In this document: piece after piece, positions 14,214 to 29,350 of the stretch
How positions within the stretch are numbered: the stretch's first letter is position 1
Layout: every line of letters begins with the position of its first letter
From: Eledone cirrhosa
Lineage: Eukaryota
Assembly (NCBI GenBank): GCA_964016885.1
Contig: OZ024744.1
Coordinates: 77,500,001-77,564,000 of the forward strand
Length of the DNA stretch: 64,000 nt
Direction: 5' to 3'
Position numbers and translations under genes: made by a program
The notes under the pieces: generated by a model
Told to the model about the DNA's origin: nothing
Seen by the model: the letters and a program-made list of their open reading frames with translations, nothing else
Databases searched by the model: none

Positions 14214-14861
14214 CAATATATAACAGTTTTACAAATAAGCTTTGACGTACCCTTTTAAAATGCAACCATTATTTTTGGAAGCCATCTGGATAGTGAGTTG
14301 TTTATATTATTTTAATAAATCATAGTGTTAAGGACAATTAGAAAAAGACGGAGAGAAAGAAAAAGACGGAGAGAGAGAAAGAAAAAACGTGGAGAAATAT
14401 CGGAGAGAGAGAAATGCATGGAGAAAAAAGAAAGAGATAAATAAAGACAGGAGGAAAGAAAGAAAAAAGAAAAAAGGAAGAAATAAGAAAAACAGAGGAA
14501 AGCAACATTAAGAGATATTAAGTCATCAGACAGATAGAAAAACTCAAGAGAGAGAAATATTATATAGAGTTGCTTTCCTCTGTTTTTCTTATTTCTTCCT
14601 TTTTTCTTTTTTCTTTCTTTCCTCCTGTCTTTATTTATCTCTTTCTTTTTTCTCCATGCATTTCTCTCTCTCCGATATTTCTCCACGTTTTTTCTTTCTC
14701 TCTCTCCGTCTTTTTCTTTCTCTCCGTCTTTTTCTAATTGTCCTTAACACTATGATTTATTAAAATAATATAAACAACTCACTATCCAGATGGCTTCCAA
14801 AAGTAATAGTTGCATTTTAAAAGGGTACGTCAAAGCTTATTTGTAAAACTGTTATATATTG

Positions 14862-14926
14862 TATTTTGTCTGATGAAGGCATACCATAATTTAATTTGGT
14901 ATCCCTGAAATATGTATAATGAAATA
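14862..14926 (+). ncRNA. Minimal hammerhead ribozyme, family A
   Basis: tattttgt-CTGATGA-aggcatacca..tggtatccct-GAAA-tatgta-TA-atgaaata; stem I pairs over 8 nt with two G-U pairs. Confidence 0.82.
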
Positions 14927-15054
14927 AATATGGTTTTATAAATATAGTTTCCATTTATTAATATCGTATATCTACTCCAAATACTTGTCGAGTGCTTTAT
15001 ATCAGTTATAAAAATATTTACTTGTTGTATCCCAACAATTTTAAATAGAACTTT

Positions 15055-15096
<42 letters not shown>

Positions 15097-15099
<3 letters not shown>

Positions 15100-15693
15100 C
15101 GTTTCTGAATTTGTTTAGCAAGATTCTTTATCTGAAATCGTGTGTTGAAACCGATATTGTTACACTTTGGGAGGGTCATGCTGCCAATAAGAAACACACG
15201 CACCAGTTGCTTTCACTTCAATTTAATTTATTAAATATTTATAAATTTACAAATTTCTAAATTTCTGGTTGGTTGGTTGGTTCCACAACCAGATAGTTGT
15301 TTATATATATATAGTCATAGTTCTTTCGTCACACACTCTGTGACCTTACAGAGGCAGCAAGCATAAAAGAACCAAAACCAAAATCAAATAGAAAATACGA
15401 GTGGAACAGCAACATCACAACCCACAATCAAGGACAAAATGTTCCACTCGTATTTTCTATTTGATTTTGGTTTTGGTTCTTTTATGCTTGCTGCCTCTGT
15501 AAGGTCACAGAGTGTGTGACGAAAGAACTATGACTATATATATATAAACAACTATCTGGTTGTGGAACCAACCAACCAACCAGAAATTTATAAATTTGTA
15601 AATTTATAAATATTTAATAAATTAAATTGAAGTGAAAGCAACTGGTGCGTGTGTTTCTTATTGGCAGCATGACCCTCCCAAAGTGTAACAATA
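15097..15693. mobile_element. Palindromic pLTR insertion, family B (hammerhead lacking its 5' core)
   Basis: Arms ~15155-15408 and ~15441-15693. They carry gtcacagagtgtgtgacGAAAgaacTAtgact, but the CTGAAGA seen in the 31 kb copy is absent. Confidence 0.85.
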
Positions 15694-15904
15694 TATATAT
15701 ATATATATATATCATATAGCCTGGTCTATTCGATTTTTTATATAGTTAATTATGCTAATTGGGAGAGGAAATAGTATATATTTTATCTTGTGATTCTATA
15801 GACATGTTTTATGATATATAGCTCTGATTGTTTAATTTATTAATTTTTCATTGAGCCACAAAGTGACCAGTATTTGTATGTGTATGTATATATATATATG
15901 TAAA

Positions 15905-16124
<220 letters not shown>

Positions 16125-16155
16125 CGGATGCACATATATATGTAAAGTCTTTATA

Positions 16156-16931
16156 CGAGGCGTGAAAGAAAAGAAACAGGACAGGAGTTGCAAAAAAATA
16201 AAAAAAATTCACGTCCAAACTCCAAACTACAAGTTTAAAATAACCCTCCTCGTGTCTAACGCACTTTTCCATACTTCTCCGACACACCTCCATGCACTCC
16301 TGGAAGGATTCTCCCGGAAATCTCCGCAGTTCCGGAAAACGGCTACCCTTGATGACCCCCTTGAGCTTGGAGAAATAAAAAAAACATACGGAGCCAAGTC
16401 GAGTGAATAGGAGGGTTAGTCCAGCACGTTGATGTTGTTCTCAGCCAGGAACTGCCGGATGATTCGCCACCATCTTCATGTAGATCTTCCGCATGCCCAC
16501 CTGTGATCAGTCGAAAAGTCAACCGACGAGACGACCTGCCTCCCGCGCTCAACATTGGCCTTAGTCCTGTTCGGTGAAGGCCTTCCGCTCCTGGGTTAAT
16601 CTACCACTTCCTCGCGTTCCTCTTTGAACCTTTTGTGCCATTCAAAAATCCGTGAGCGTGGTATCGTCTCATCTCCATACACTTGCTGCAGTGTTCCGAG
16701 TGCTTCTGACAGAGTTTTCCCTCAGCTGAACCAGAAACCTCAGGATGGTTCGTTGCTGTCCCCATCGTTCGGCCCAAAAATGTGAAAAAACATACAATGG
16801 TTGCAGAGAGTTTATATCACAGTTATATACTCCTCGGATGTTACGTCATACAGTGACGGCACCCGCTAATTCATAACCTACACATAGCTCACACAATACA
16901 CTGACTCCTGTTACTTTTCTGACACTCCTCG
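16156..16931 (-). mobile_element. Internally deleted mariner transposon
   Basis: Imperfect TIRs CGAGGCGTGAAAGAAAAGAAACAGGA / CGAGGAGTGTCAGAAAAGTAACAGGA with TA at the left. Transposase N-terminus (LQQVYGDETIPRSRIFEWHKRFKE..PRSGRP) and C-terminus ([12 protein letters not shown]) are present; no DD34D core was seen. Confidence 0.85.
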
Positions 16932-16984
16932 CATATACATGTTTATATATATACACATACATATATATGACAGGTTTCTATAGT

Positions 16985-19665
16985 TACTAGTACTTGTACT
17001 TGTGTCGACATTCACCCTGGACGGGTTGAGCCGGCTTCTTCCCTTGTCCTGATGGCATCCCGAACCATGGCAGCCCACGCACGACGGTCCCGGGCTAGGT
17101 CACTGGAGATAGCGAGCCAGTCACGGTTCCATCGGCGCAGGCCGACCACCTGCGGACCTGAGAGTTCGGAGAAGTCCTCCCTGATCGTCGTTGCTCAGGT
17201 CTTCAGCTGCCCGCCAACGCGCTTGCGCCAGTTAGGGAATGGAGGTGGGAGAAGAACATCACGGATCATCTCACCCTCAGGGCGCCGGGCTGCGTGACCA
17301 AACCATCTCAAGCGCTGTTGCAGAAGCACTGAAGGAAGGGGTCGAAGATTCAGGCGAAGACGAAGAGTGGTGGTAGGTACCTGATCAACGCGTCGGCAGC
17401 GAAGAATGCGGCGGAGACAGTCATTGTCGAAGACCTCCAGCCCTCATAGGCCATGTTTCACAGCCATAGAGGAGGATAGTGCGAACGTCGACCCGGTAGA
17501 TTCACCCTTTGGTCGCCTAGGTGATCTCTCTTCTGTCCCACAGACACCGCTGGAGGCGCCCAAAAGCGGATCTGGCAGCACCTATACGACGTTTGACCTC
17601 GGCTGCGCCATGTCCCTTTGGAACCACTGTTGAGCCCAGGTAAATGAAGGACACCACATCCTCCCGGTCCACGCCCTCGAGTGATATTGGCTGCCAGGCA
17701 TCAGGCGAGACCAGTGACGTCATGACTTTCGACTTGGCGGCATTGATTCGTAGACCAACAGCGGCGGCTGCAGTGTGCACCCTTTCGAGAGTACCTTGTA
17801 CATCTGTCCCGTTCGCGCCCATCAGCACGATGTCATCCGCGTAGGCCAGGGCCGTCACCACAACCCCTCTCCCGACCTCTACGCCCGGGTAATCCCGGAG
17901 CGCTGTGTTGAGAGTGTAGTCAATGGCGTAGTTAAAGAGAGTTGGCGATAGCGCACACTCCTGCCGGACACCGATCCCAACATCGAACGACTCCGTCTCC
18001 TCACCATAGACCCTCACTTGAGCCCGAGTCGACCGGTAGTAGCCTTGTATGAGACGAAGCAGCTTCACTGGGATGCCGTCCGTCTGCATTATACGCCATA
18101 GGGCTTCCCGATCTACCGAGTTGGAGGCAGCTACAAAGTCGATGAAGCAGAGGACGGCAGGATGTTGATGTGCCCACCGTTGTTCCAGGACACGCCGGAG
18201 ATTGAAGATTTGATCAACGCACCCCCTCCTCGGACGGAAGCCGCCCTGAGAATGATGGGTACGGACATCACGGATGGCCTGGAACCTCTTCAGCAAAAGA
18301 ATTGCGAAGGTCTTGGCAGAAACGTCAATTAAACTGATACCCCTGTAGTTGGTACACAGTTTCCTATCGCCTTTTTTTAAAGAAGAGTAGGAGAGTTGCC
18401 TCGCTCCAGTCACCAGGGAACCGCTCCGTCGTCCACACCGAGGAGAAGACTCGATGGAGCCAAGCTGCGAAGACATCAGGCTCGGCCTTGTAGACCTCAG
18501 CTGGAACGCCATCTTCGCCCGGCGCCTTGTTGTTCCGGAGATATGTAAGGACACTACGTACCTCCTTGACCGTTGGAGGGGCAGTGCTGCACCCGTATTC
18601 TCCCCCGGAAGGCTGCACGTAGGTTGGCGTGGGTGGTGGCGGGAGGTTGAGCAGTTCGGAGAAATGGTCCCGCCATCGGACTAGCCGGTCATTAAGATTG
18701 GTAATGACTTCGGCTAGCCCGCTTCACCAGTTGGCAGAGCTTGTGCGAGTCACCACAGGCTGCTGCCCTCTCCGTCTGCTCTGCAAATTCGCGCCAGTGT
18801 GCATTCCGATTGGCCCGAATAGCCCGAGATGTGCGACGTCGGAGATCTCGAAGATTGGGTGCACCCTCGAGTCGGGCCACTCTCGCCTTCCCCGCGAGTT
18901 CAAGAGTGCCGCCGGAGATCCAGTCCCGATGGCGTCTTTGGGTCGACCCGAGATGCTCCCTGGCCACCTCAACCGTCGCCGCCCCGAACGCGTTCCACTC
19001 CTGCTCCGGTTGCTGTTCCACTTCGTTACTCAGCATTTGGAATCCGTTTCGCAGCTCTAGCCGGAAAGCATTTCCAGCATCGAGCTTGAGTCGCGAGATG
19101 TCGATCCTTTTCTGGCGGTTGGGAGGAGGTTTCGCCCGCATCCGCAGACGAAGGGTTGCTCGAACAAGAATATGGTCTGACACATACTCACTGCCCGTAT
19201 CAGCCCCTCGATACGCACGCGAGTCCATCTCTGAGCTGGCCCACCGAGATCTGACCAGGATGTAGTCAATCTGATTGGCCGTTCTTCCGTCAATGGATCG
19301 CCACGTGACGAGGTGGCGCCGAGGATGTTGGAACCGGGTGTTGGTGACGATAAGCCGATTGGCATCCGCGAAGGACACGATCCGTTCACCATTGTCACAG
19401 CGTACGCCTAGGGCGAAGCGTCCTAGAATATGCTGTGTTGTATCATCAGCCGGCCCCGTCCGTTCATTCCAGTCCCCAGCGTCAATGAGAACATCACTGG
19501 AGGGGACGCCATCCACGGTTGTTTGGAGATCGGCATAGAATTGCGTCTTGTCCGCCTCGCCCGCATTGAGTGTGGGAGCGTAGACGGCAATTACGCTGAC
19601 GTTGGAGATTTGACCCTTCAATCGAACCAGCGCGAGTCGGTGAGAGATCGGCTGCCACGCCACGT
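16985..19665 (-). mobile_element. 5'-truncated RTE-clade LINE (APE endonuclease + RT), frameshifted
   Basis: APE motifs VYAPT, GDWN, NQIDYIL, SDH (18692-19663); KAPGEDG; RT motifs NYRGISL, QGGFR, FIDF, GVRQECALSPTLFN, LAYADD. The 3' tail is (CAAGTA)-like. Confidence 0.93.
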
Positions 19666-20334
19666 TGAGGAGGGGTTGGACTTTAGGTTTCTATACAATT
19701 TCTGTTTACTAACTGAATGTCATTCACAAGGCATTGGTCAGCCAGAACGATTGAGGAAACTGGCTGGGAGAAACAGAAAAAAAAAAAAAAAGAATTCAGA
19801 GAAAAATAACAGGTCTATTCATGTTATCATCAAGAGATGACAACATGAATGTACCTGTTATTTTTCTTTAAAAAATTGTTTCCGTTTCTGCCACTGCCCA
19901 TCTCCTCAATCTTTCTATTTCTTCTTTAATCTCTCATTCTATCTTCTGATCATAGACTAGAGTCTGAAAATGTAAGACTCTTTTCCCCCTATATCAAGCG
20001 TTATAAAGAATTTTTCGTTTCAACGAACGTTTTTTTATACCCGTGAATTTCGTTATAACGGAATTTCACTGTATACACGACTATTCGTATCTCCTGTAAT
20101 ATAGAACTGTGCCTGTGACAGGCCCTCAGGTACATAGTCTGATATTCTCTATAATAGGCATCGCACCGGCCGAGGAAGGAACATGAATGGAGACGGTCAA
20201 CCTTCCAGAGATAAAAACCAAATCTGCACTAAACCCCATTGTAACGTCTTAAATAAAGAAGGATACAAGGTGATAGTGTATTGACGACAGACGGGATAGT
20301 CATGCGCGATCAGATTCTAAATAACATCGTACTG

Positions 20335-21954
20335 TCACCATCATCATCACCATTACCGTCATCAACACCATCACCACCATCTCCACCACCATGACCATCG
20401 CTACTTTCTTCACCAATACCACCATTACCCTCACCATCACCACCACTTTCACCATCACCACCTCCACCATCACCTCCACCACCACCATCACCACCTCTAC
20501 CATCACCACCACTACCATCACTATCACCAATTCCACCATTGCCACCACTACCATCATCACCACCAACATCACCACCAACACCACCAACATCACCACAACC
20601 CTACCACTCCCACCATCATCAACACCAATACCATCACTACCACCGATTCCACCATCATCATCGCCACTAACACCACCACCGATACCCCCTAACACCAAAA
20701 TCAACACCACCGTCACCATTTCCACCAGCACCATTACCACCACCAACATCGACAACACCACCGCCTCCAACACCACCTCCAGCGCCACCACCAATAACGA
20801 CGACTACAAAATTATCCCCCCCCCCATCATCACCACAAACACCACCAACTCCACCGTTACCAGCGCCACAAACACCACCGCCACCAACAAGACCACCATC
20901 ATCATCATCATCACCACTACCAGCGATACCTCCAACAGCAGAATCAATACCACCATCACCACCTCCACCAGCACCACCATCATCAACAACACCACCAACA
21001 ACGACAACAAAATCATTCTCCCCCTTCAACACCATCATCTCCATCACCACTACCACCACCACCAAAACCACCACCACCACTACCACCACCACCAAAACCA
21101 CCATCAACACTACCACCACCACCAAAACCACCACCACCACCACTACCACCACCACCAAAACCACCACCACCACCACTACCACCACCACCAAAACCACCAC
21201 CACCACTACCACCACCACCAAAACCACCATCAACACTACCACCACCACCAAAACCACCATCAACACTACCACCACCACCAAAACCACCACCACCACTACT
21301 ACCACCACCACTACCACCACCACCACTACCACCACCACCACCAAAACCACCACCACCACTACCACCACCACCAAAACCACCACCACCACTACCACCACCA
21401 CCAAAACCACCATCAACACTACCACCACCACCAAAACCACCACCACCACTACTACCACCACCACTACCACCACCACCACCACTACCACCACCACCACCAA
21501 AACCACCACCACCACTACCACCACCACCAAAACCACCACCACCACTACCACCACCACCAAAACCACCATCAACACTACCACCACCACCAAAACCACCATC
21601 AACACTACCACCACCACCAAAACCACCACCACCACTACTACCACCACCAAAACCACCACCACCACTACTACCACCACCACAACTACCACCACCACCACCA
21701 CTACCACCATCACCAACACCATCACCATCACCATCACCATCACCACCACCACCACTACCACCACCAACACCAACAACAACGACAACAACAACAACAACAA
21801 CAACAAAATCATTCTCTCCCCCATCAACACCACCATCACAGTGTCTCTGCTAAACCTTGTCATGCATTCATCGTTACCTCACATTCACCTCTCGTCAACC
21901 CCTTTGTCACCCCCACCCCCCCACTCGACCTCACCTTACTTTACCACTCCCTGC

Positions 21955-21988
<34 letters not shown>

Positions 21989-22085
21989 AAGGTGTACTGA
22001 TGACCTAACTAGCTCTCTCTCTCTCTCTCTGTCTTTCTCTCTACCCCCCTCCCTCCCCTTCATCACCACCACCACCACCACTACA
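20335..22085. repeat. (CAC/CAT)-rich trinucleotide array
   Basis: Read directly; ~30-bp higher-order unit at 21045-21700. Confidence 0.95.
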
Positions 22086-22249
22086 ACTCACACAACGCCA
22101 CCGCCATTAATAACTGACTCATCTTCCAAAACGACTCACTGACTGATTGGCTTCGTGAGAGAGGTTGGCTAGGAAGAGGAATTATGTGTGTGTAAGTTAT
22201 TGTATGTATTATATGTATGTATATATATAATACATACAATAACATATAT

Positions 22250-22324
<75 letters not shown>

Positions 22325-22328
22325 AATT

Positions 22329-22383
<55 letters not shown>

Positions 22384-22384
22384 T

Positions 22385-22474
<90 letters not shown>

Positions 22475-22476
<2 letters not shown>

Positions 22477-22656
22477 AATTCCGTTATAACGAAATTCACG
22501 GGGTACAAAATGAAATTCGTTGTCACGAAAAATTCTTTATAACGAGATCGACCGAAACAAATCGAGCATTTGTTTCTTATTACCTCGGGGATTGGAAATA
22601 TTTTCACTATACTGAAAAAATTCGTTATAATGGTATTCGTTATAACGGAATTTTAC

Positions 22657-22662
<6 letters not shown>
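22475..22662. mobile_element. pogo/Tigger-like MITE (related fragment at ~19990-20075)
   Basis: Inverted ends aaattccgttataacgaa / ttcgttataacggaattt..ctgta. Confidence 0.6.
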
Positions 22663-22693
<31 letters not shown>

Positions 22694-22740
22694 AATGAAA
22701 AGTATAGAAATTATTGTGAGCAAGAAGCCAACAGTATTTC

Positions 22741-22789
<49 letters not shown>

Positions 22790-22846
22790 GTGAGGTTTTT
22801 TTTACAAAATGAAAAATAACCGAGGTGTCCTACACGAGTGAAAGTA

Positions 22847-23215
<369 letters not shown>

Positions 23216-23305
23216 GTATATATATATATATATATACACAGCTGTATATATATATATATATACCTGTATATATATATATATATATACAGAGGTATATATA
23301 TATAT

Positions 23306-23342
<37 letters not shown>

Positions 23343-23473
23343 CACACAAGTAAAATTCCGATGTCCCCCCCAAATATGTATACACATTTTGATTACCTGT
23401 ACTGGCAATATTAATTAGAATGCTGTTGAAGTTTATATACATTTTTGGGGGGACATCCTGTATAAATAAATAA

Positions 23474-23565
<92 letters not shown>

Positions 23566-25778
23566 GCGTGTGTGTGTGTGTGCGCGTGTATGTGTGTGTG
23601 TGTGTGTATAATATAAAAGGTGAAGGTAAAAATGCCCAGAAGTATATTTAAAGATTATTTTTTCATTAATCCAACAGAATGAATAATTTTGTAATTGTTG
23701 CTGCCTTAAATATAACCGGTTTCGATTGGTATAACAATTTTGTCAAATATTAAATATTAAATATTAGATATTAAATATTAAATATTATATATTATTAAAA
23801 ATGTTTTTCATGTATTCTGTAAGCAGTTTGAATATATTCTGACGTAGTTGGTCCCTGTACCAACTGATTACCCACTGCTATAAGGACAGAGTTGATCACC
23901 CGGAATGAGTACTGCGAGTTAGTAAAGCCATTTCAACGCATCTTCCTCGCTATCCTTTAGGGCAGTAGTTCCTAAAGTGGGTTCTGCAAAAGAGTGTCTG
24001 GGATCCCGTGAAAAAAAGGTAGAGGTGTATATTTAAATTATGACCATATAACAATATTAGAGTTTGGGGTTTGTGAACCAAAAGTTTCTGAACCAAAAAA
24101 AGGGTTCCGCGTTTGAAAAAGTTTGAAAAACTCTGCTCTGGGACAATGTTTTCTCAATTCTGCCGGTTGGGAAGACGAGGTGGCTTGTGCCTGGGGTCTG
24201 CACACCAGAAAGCATTCTTACATACCGCCCTGACTCATATTCTAGCTACACTGTGTATATAAAGATACATTTAAAAATACCACAATAACAGAAAAAAGAA
24301 TATCCTCAAACATGTTTGAAATAGCAAGAGATTGATTAATTTATTTCGGCGTTAAATTTCAACTTTTATACTTATGAAAAAATCAGACCCTTTAATTATT
24401 TGAGTTTTGTTTCTTTCTCTAACGGTGATATTTTGGTGGTGTGTTAGTATGGCCATAGCCCACTGACCACAGCAATTAATGGTTTCTGATTTAGACACAA
24501 GGCCAACGATTTCAGGGGAGGGGCAAGTCAATTAAATCGACCCCAGTGCATTACTGGTGCTTTATTTATCGACCCCGTAAGGATGAAAGGCACAGTTAAC
24601 CTTGGCGGGATTTGAACTCAGAATGTTAAGAGACGTAACTATATGCCGCATAGCATGGTATCCAATACTGCCATAATAACTGTTTCTACTTTAGGCACAA
24701 GGCCAGTAATTTGAAGAGGAGGGAAATGTCAATTAAATCGACCCCAGTACATTACCGGTGCTTTATGTTATCGACCCCGTAAGGGTGAAAGGCAAGGCTA
24801 ACTCTGGCGTTGCCTTTCATCCTTACGGGGTCGATAAAATAAAGTACCAGTTATGTACTATGGCCGATTTAATAGTAATTAAATATAATAGCCAAATTTT
24901 GGTAACTGGCAGTTTTTTTTCTTTTTATTTTGTTTTGTTTTTAGAGAATAGTTCAATGGTCACGTTGCTAGGAAGGTCAGTATTAGGTTACGAGAGAATA
25001 ATCTAAATATGAATTATTACTGTATCTATTTTGGCCGACTGCCATTACTAACCAATTTCATTCAAATTCCAACAGGATATAATCAAATAAAGGGACCTAC
25101 ATGAGGTCTACAGATACAAATGCTCGGACACATCATCAGTGGTGTATTCTAGAATCATCGGTGTTTCAGGTCTTACAACATATATTCTCATTCAGGTAAC
25201 CCAATCAAAATTTCGAAAGTTTCTAATTTTTCCAAAGTTAACATGTTAACATGTTGTCTATTTTTTTTCACGAAACTGTCCTAATTTTATTCACGAAAGT
25301 CGCCCGTAAATTTATCCTGACCATTCTTTGTTTTGTTATCATCTTACATTCATCTTACCAATTGTGCAAACTGACATTACAAGTACAATATCAACTTAAT
25401 GCGCGAAAGTGTATGGAAGGACGGTGGCTGACGAATTAAAGATGCAGCTGCCTGTTCGCGTTATGTAACTGTGCATTTTCTGCTGGTACAGGTGTAAACA
25501 CTTAGACAGTTATCAGTGTCATATCCTGGAATCACTGGAGATCTTCGGGTCTTACAACATATACTCTCACCCAGGTGACTTAACTACAAATCACATGCAA
25601 TTATCCGGACACATCAGTGTTGTATCCTGGAGTCATGGGGAGTTTCGGTGGTCTTTCAACGTATGTGCATCAAGGCGAACCGACAGAAGTTGATCAATCA
25701 ATCCTCAGCATGTGTGACTACCAAGTGACATTCAACTGACCATACTAGCTAGTTATTTTCAACTATAACCATCTAGAT

Positions 25779-26000
25779 CAGTTGTCTCCAACCTTTTTTT
25801 TACACCATGGACCGGCTTCATGCCGGACAATCTTTCCGCAGACAGGTAGTTACATATGTGTTATTTAAGTGTATTTCAATAAAGAAAGCAATAATAAATA
25901 GAGCAATCTATTAAAGGGAAGAACTGTATAATCTTTTGACTCGGTAGCAAATGATCCACGGACGGGTACTGTTCGACGGCCCGGTGGTTGTTGACCACTG
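25779..26000. mobile_element. hAT-type MITE
   Basis: TIRs CAGTTGTCTCCAACC / GGTTGTTGACCACTG with a perfect 8-bp TSD ATCTAGAT. Confidence 0.85.
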
Positions 26001-27675
26001 ATCTAGATGACCTCTCTTTTGCTTTCATCTTGTTTTTGATGTCTCTTCTCTTGTTCTCTGTCATAATACTTAACTAAAGGAACGAGACCTGCCAACATAC
26101 AAGTAATTAATTAATTTCTCTCTATCAACTCACATTCTTTCTATTCATTAGGCTTCTATATATTGTATCATTACCACAAAGCCATAGTTTTAATTTCTAC
26201 AGAAAAATGAGTGATTACAAAAAAACAAAAAACAAAAAAATCAATAGAAGAGAAATACATTCTAAAAAAAACATAATAATAAGGTAATAACATAAAAAGA
26301 AGAATTATATATTTTAGAACATAACATTCCGATGCAACCTCTGAGCACATTTTATCCTATGAATGCAGCTTGGCGTAAACAACAAAGCCAATATAGAAGC
26401 CGAAACACCGCCCCGACCTAGGTGTAGGGTCTGTCACCCTCTACTCATACCCCGCCCCCTCTCTGCCTTTCGTTACCTAATGATATTTGTTCTTTCCCTA
26501 TAGTCTTTGCTTTTTCCGTTTTTTTTTATGACATTTAAATCCTTTCCTTTTAGTTTCCTATGCAGCCAGATCTACCCTTCTTTACCCCTTCCCCTTATTT
26601 TTCGTTACTCTTTTACTCTTTTACCTGTTCCAGCCATCCGGCTAAGGCCCTTAATTTGGTTTTTATCTTTTTTTTTTTAATATTTCCATCATTGTATAAC
26701 TTTTGTTTGTAAAATATAGTTGACATAAAATAAAATATCCCCCACAAAAAAAAAAAAAAAAAATTAATGGAAGTTGACTTATAATCGTCAAAGAAATGTT
26801 ATTCTGCAAGTCAGTGTCACACCTGAAATATCTTTGAAAATAAATTAAACGTAAAAGAAGTTTGATGATTGAATCGGTAAAACGCCGGGAAAGATGCCTT
26901 ACTTTATTTAATTAAATGGTGGATTGGCAGTATCTGTAGAAAGTCGGACGTCATGCTTTGCAGTATAGAGTTATGGCCCTTTACGTTTTGTGTTCAATTA
27001 ATTCCGAGCTTAACTTTACCTTTCATCCTTACGGAGTCGATGAAATAAAGTACCAGTAATGTACTGGGATAATTGCTAACCTTGTGCTGAAAGAAGAAAC
27101 AATTATTTAATTACATGAAAATATTGTTCACAAAATCTATCAAGTACAACAAAGTAATAATGTTTGAACTCAAAATCATTTAGCCCACAATCACGTATAT
27201 TAACTTCTCTCTTCAGTGTCAGTGTGTGTGTCTGTGAAACATATACATATACACCAGGTCCGAACACAAAGGAACCAAACTCCCACTGTCACTGCCATTC
27301 AGTTTATCAATTTAATTTACGCTCAAATCACACGGAGGTCGATTTTGTTGTAGCATCTTTAGAGGTTCGATAAAAAAAAAGTAAGTACTAATCATTGTAC
27401 TGAAACTGATTTAATCAACTGCACTTCTCACCTCTTAAATATATATATATATAGGAACAAGTAGGACCCTGACGGCTGAGCTCAAGCCGTTTCGACGGCT
27501 AATTCTGGACTAAAATGATTTTAGTCCAAAATTAGCCGTCGAAACGGCTTGAGCTCAGCCATCGGGGTGGTCCTACTTGTTCCCATTACCCACTCTACTA
27601 CCCTAAGTATTGAGAACTTTGGTGCGTTATGGTCCATCTGGTTCCTTACCACATTTCCTTCGTTATATATATATA

Positions 27676-28131
27676 TAATAAATGGAAACTATATTTATAA
27701 AACCATAATTATTTTATTATATATATTTCAAGGGCGACCAAGGTAAATTATGGTGCGCTTTCATCAGATAAAATACAGATTTGTTTTATCAATAAATATT
27801 GACATACCCGGAAAAAAGACAACCTCAACGGTTGAAATTCGCTGGATAGTTGAAATTCGCTCTATCCAGCGAATTTCAACCGTTGAGGTTGTCTTTTTTC
27901 CGGGTATGTCAATATTTATTTATAAAACAAATCTGTATTTTATCTGATGAAAGCGCACCATAATTTACCTTGGTCGCCCTTGAAATATATATAATAAAAT
28001 AATTATGGTTTTATAAATATAGTTTTATTTATTAATATATTGTATATTTACTCCACTAAACTGTTGAGTGCTTTATATCAGTTATAAAAATGTTTAAGCT
28101 TGTTGAATCCCAACAAATTAAATATAACCTC

Positions 28132-28136
<5 letters not shown>
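27676..28136. mobile_element. Palindromic pLTR insertion, family A
   Basis: Arms ~27676-27848 and ~27862-28035; the right arm continues to the (TA)n tract. Confidence 0.88.
27936..28001 (+). ncRNA. Minimal hammerhead ribozyme, family A (antisense twin at 27710-27775)
   Basis: tattttat-CTGATGA-aagcgcacca..tggtcgccctt-GAAA-tatata-TA-ataaaata; perfect 8-bp stem I. Confidence 0.85.
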
Positions 28137-28180
<44 letters not shown>

Positions 28181-28184
<4 letters not shown>

Positions 28185-28680
28185 ATACTTGGGGAGGGTC
28201 ATAGTGTTGTAATAATATTGCTAGAAATAATAACAGAACACACTCACTGTTTGGTTGGTTTTTTGCTTCTGTATCTTTTATATCTCCATATTTAATTTAT
28301 TTGGAAATCAATGTTTATCATTGACTGACCAACGGTTAAAAATGCAGATATACATTTATATATACAGTCTAACAAAGTTCTTTCGTTGCACATCTGCAAC
28401 ACCATCAGTGGTACTATTATCATGTTTCCTCCTATTGTATTGTAATGTTTACGCCATTTTTTTTGCAGATGTGCAACGAAAGAACTTTGTTAGACTATAT
28501 ATATATATATGTATTAATATCTGTATTTTTAACCGTTGGTCAGTCGATGATAAACATTGATTGCAAAATAAATTAACTGTGGAGATATAAAAGATACAGA
28601 AGCGAAAACTAACCAAACAGTGAGTCTGTTATTATTGTTATTATTTCTGGCAATATTATTACAACAATATGACCCTTCCC
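28181..28680. mobile_element. Older palindromic insertion related to family B
   Basis: Imperfect arms ~28192-28398 and ~28463-28680; shares the ttatactt..ggagggtcat end with family B. The minus strand carries a degenerate hammerhead, CTGATGGT-gttgcagatgtgcaac-GAAAgaacTT. Confidence 0.75.
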
Positions 28681-28878
28681 ATATAACGAAGGAAATGTGA
28701 TAAGGAACCAGGTGGACCATAACGCACCAAAGTACTCAATACTTAGGGTAGTAGAGTGGGTAATAGGAACGAGTAGTTTCGACGGCTAATTCTGGACTAA
28801 AAAAGAAAAAAAATTTTTTTTTAGTCCAAAATTAGCCGTCGAAACGGCTTGAGCTCAGCCGTCGGGGTCCTACTCGTT

Positions 28879-28954
<76 letters not shown>

Positions 28955-29082
28955 GATTAAACCAGTATTAAACTAGTTAGACCAGAGTTCTCAATACTTA
29001 GGATAGTAGAGTGTGACTATATTAGAAGGAGTCAGGGCCCGACGGCTGAGTTCTTGCCGTTTCGACAGTTAGTTCCCGACCA

Positions 29083-29124
<42 letters not shown>

Positions 29125-29127
29125 AAT

Positions 29128-29350
<223 letters not shown>

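Larger units (their letters stand above)
14105..15058. mobile_element. Palindromic pLTR insertion, family A (arms ~14105-14505 and ~14569-14970)
   Basis: ~400-bp near-perfect inverted repeat with a ~63-bp spacer, flanked by (TA)n. Each arm carries a hammerhead. Confidence 0.88.

Noticed and set aside
14105-14970. Palindromes as sequencing or assembly chimeras
   Set aside because: Arms differ by substitutions and indels, and orientation is consistent across families. Read-level confirmation is still advisable for the most perfect ones.
20391-21989. 532-aa Thr/His-rich ORF (also the Pro/His-rich ORFs at 52137-53548)
   Set aside because: Simple-repeat origin and open on both strands; a structural-protein exon cannot be supported without transcripts.
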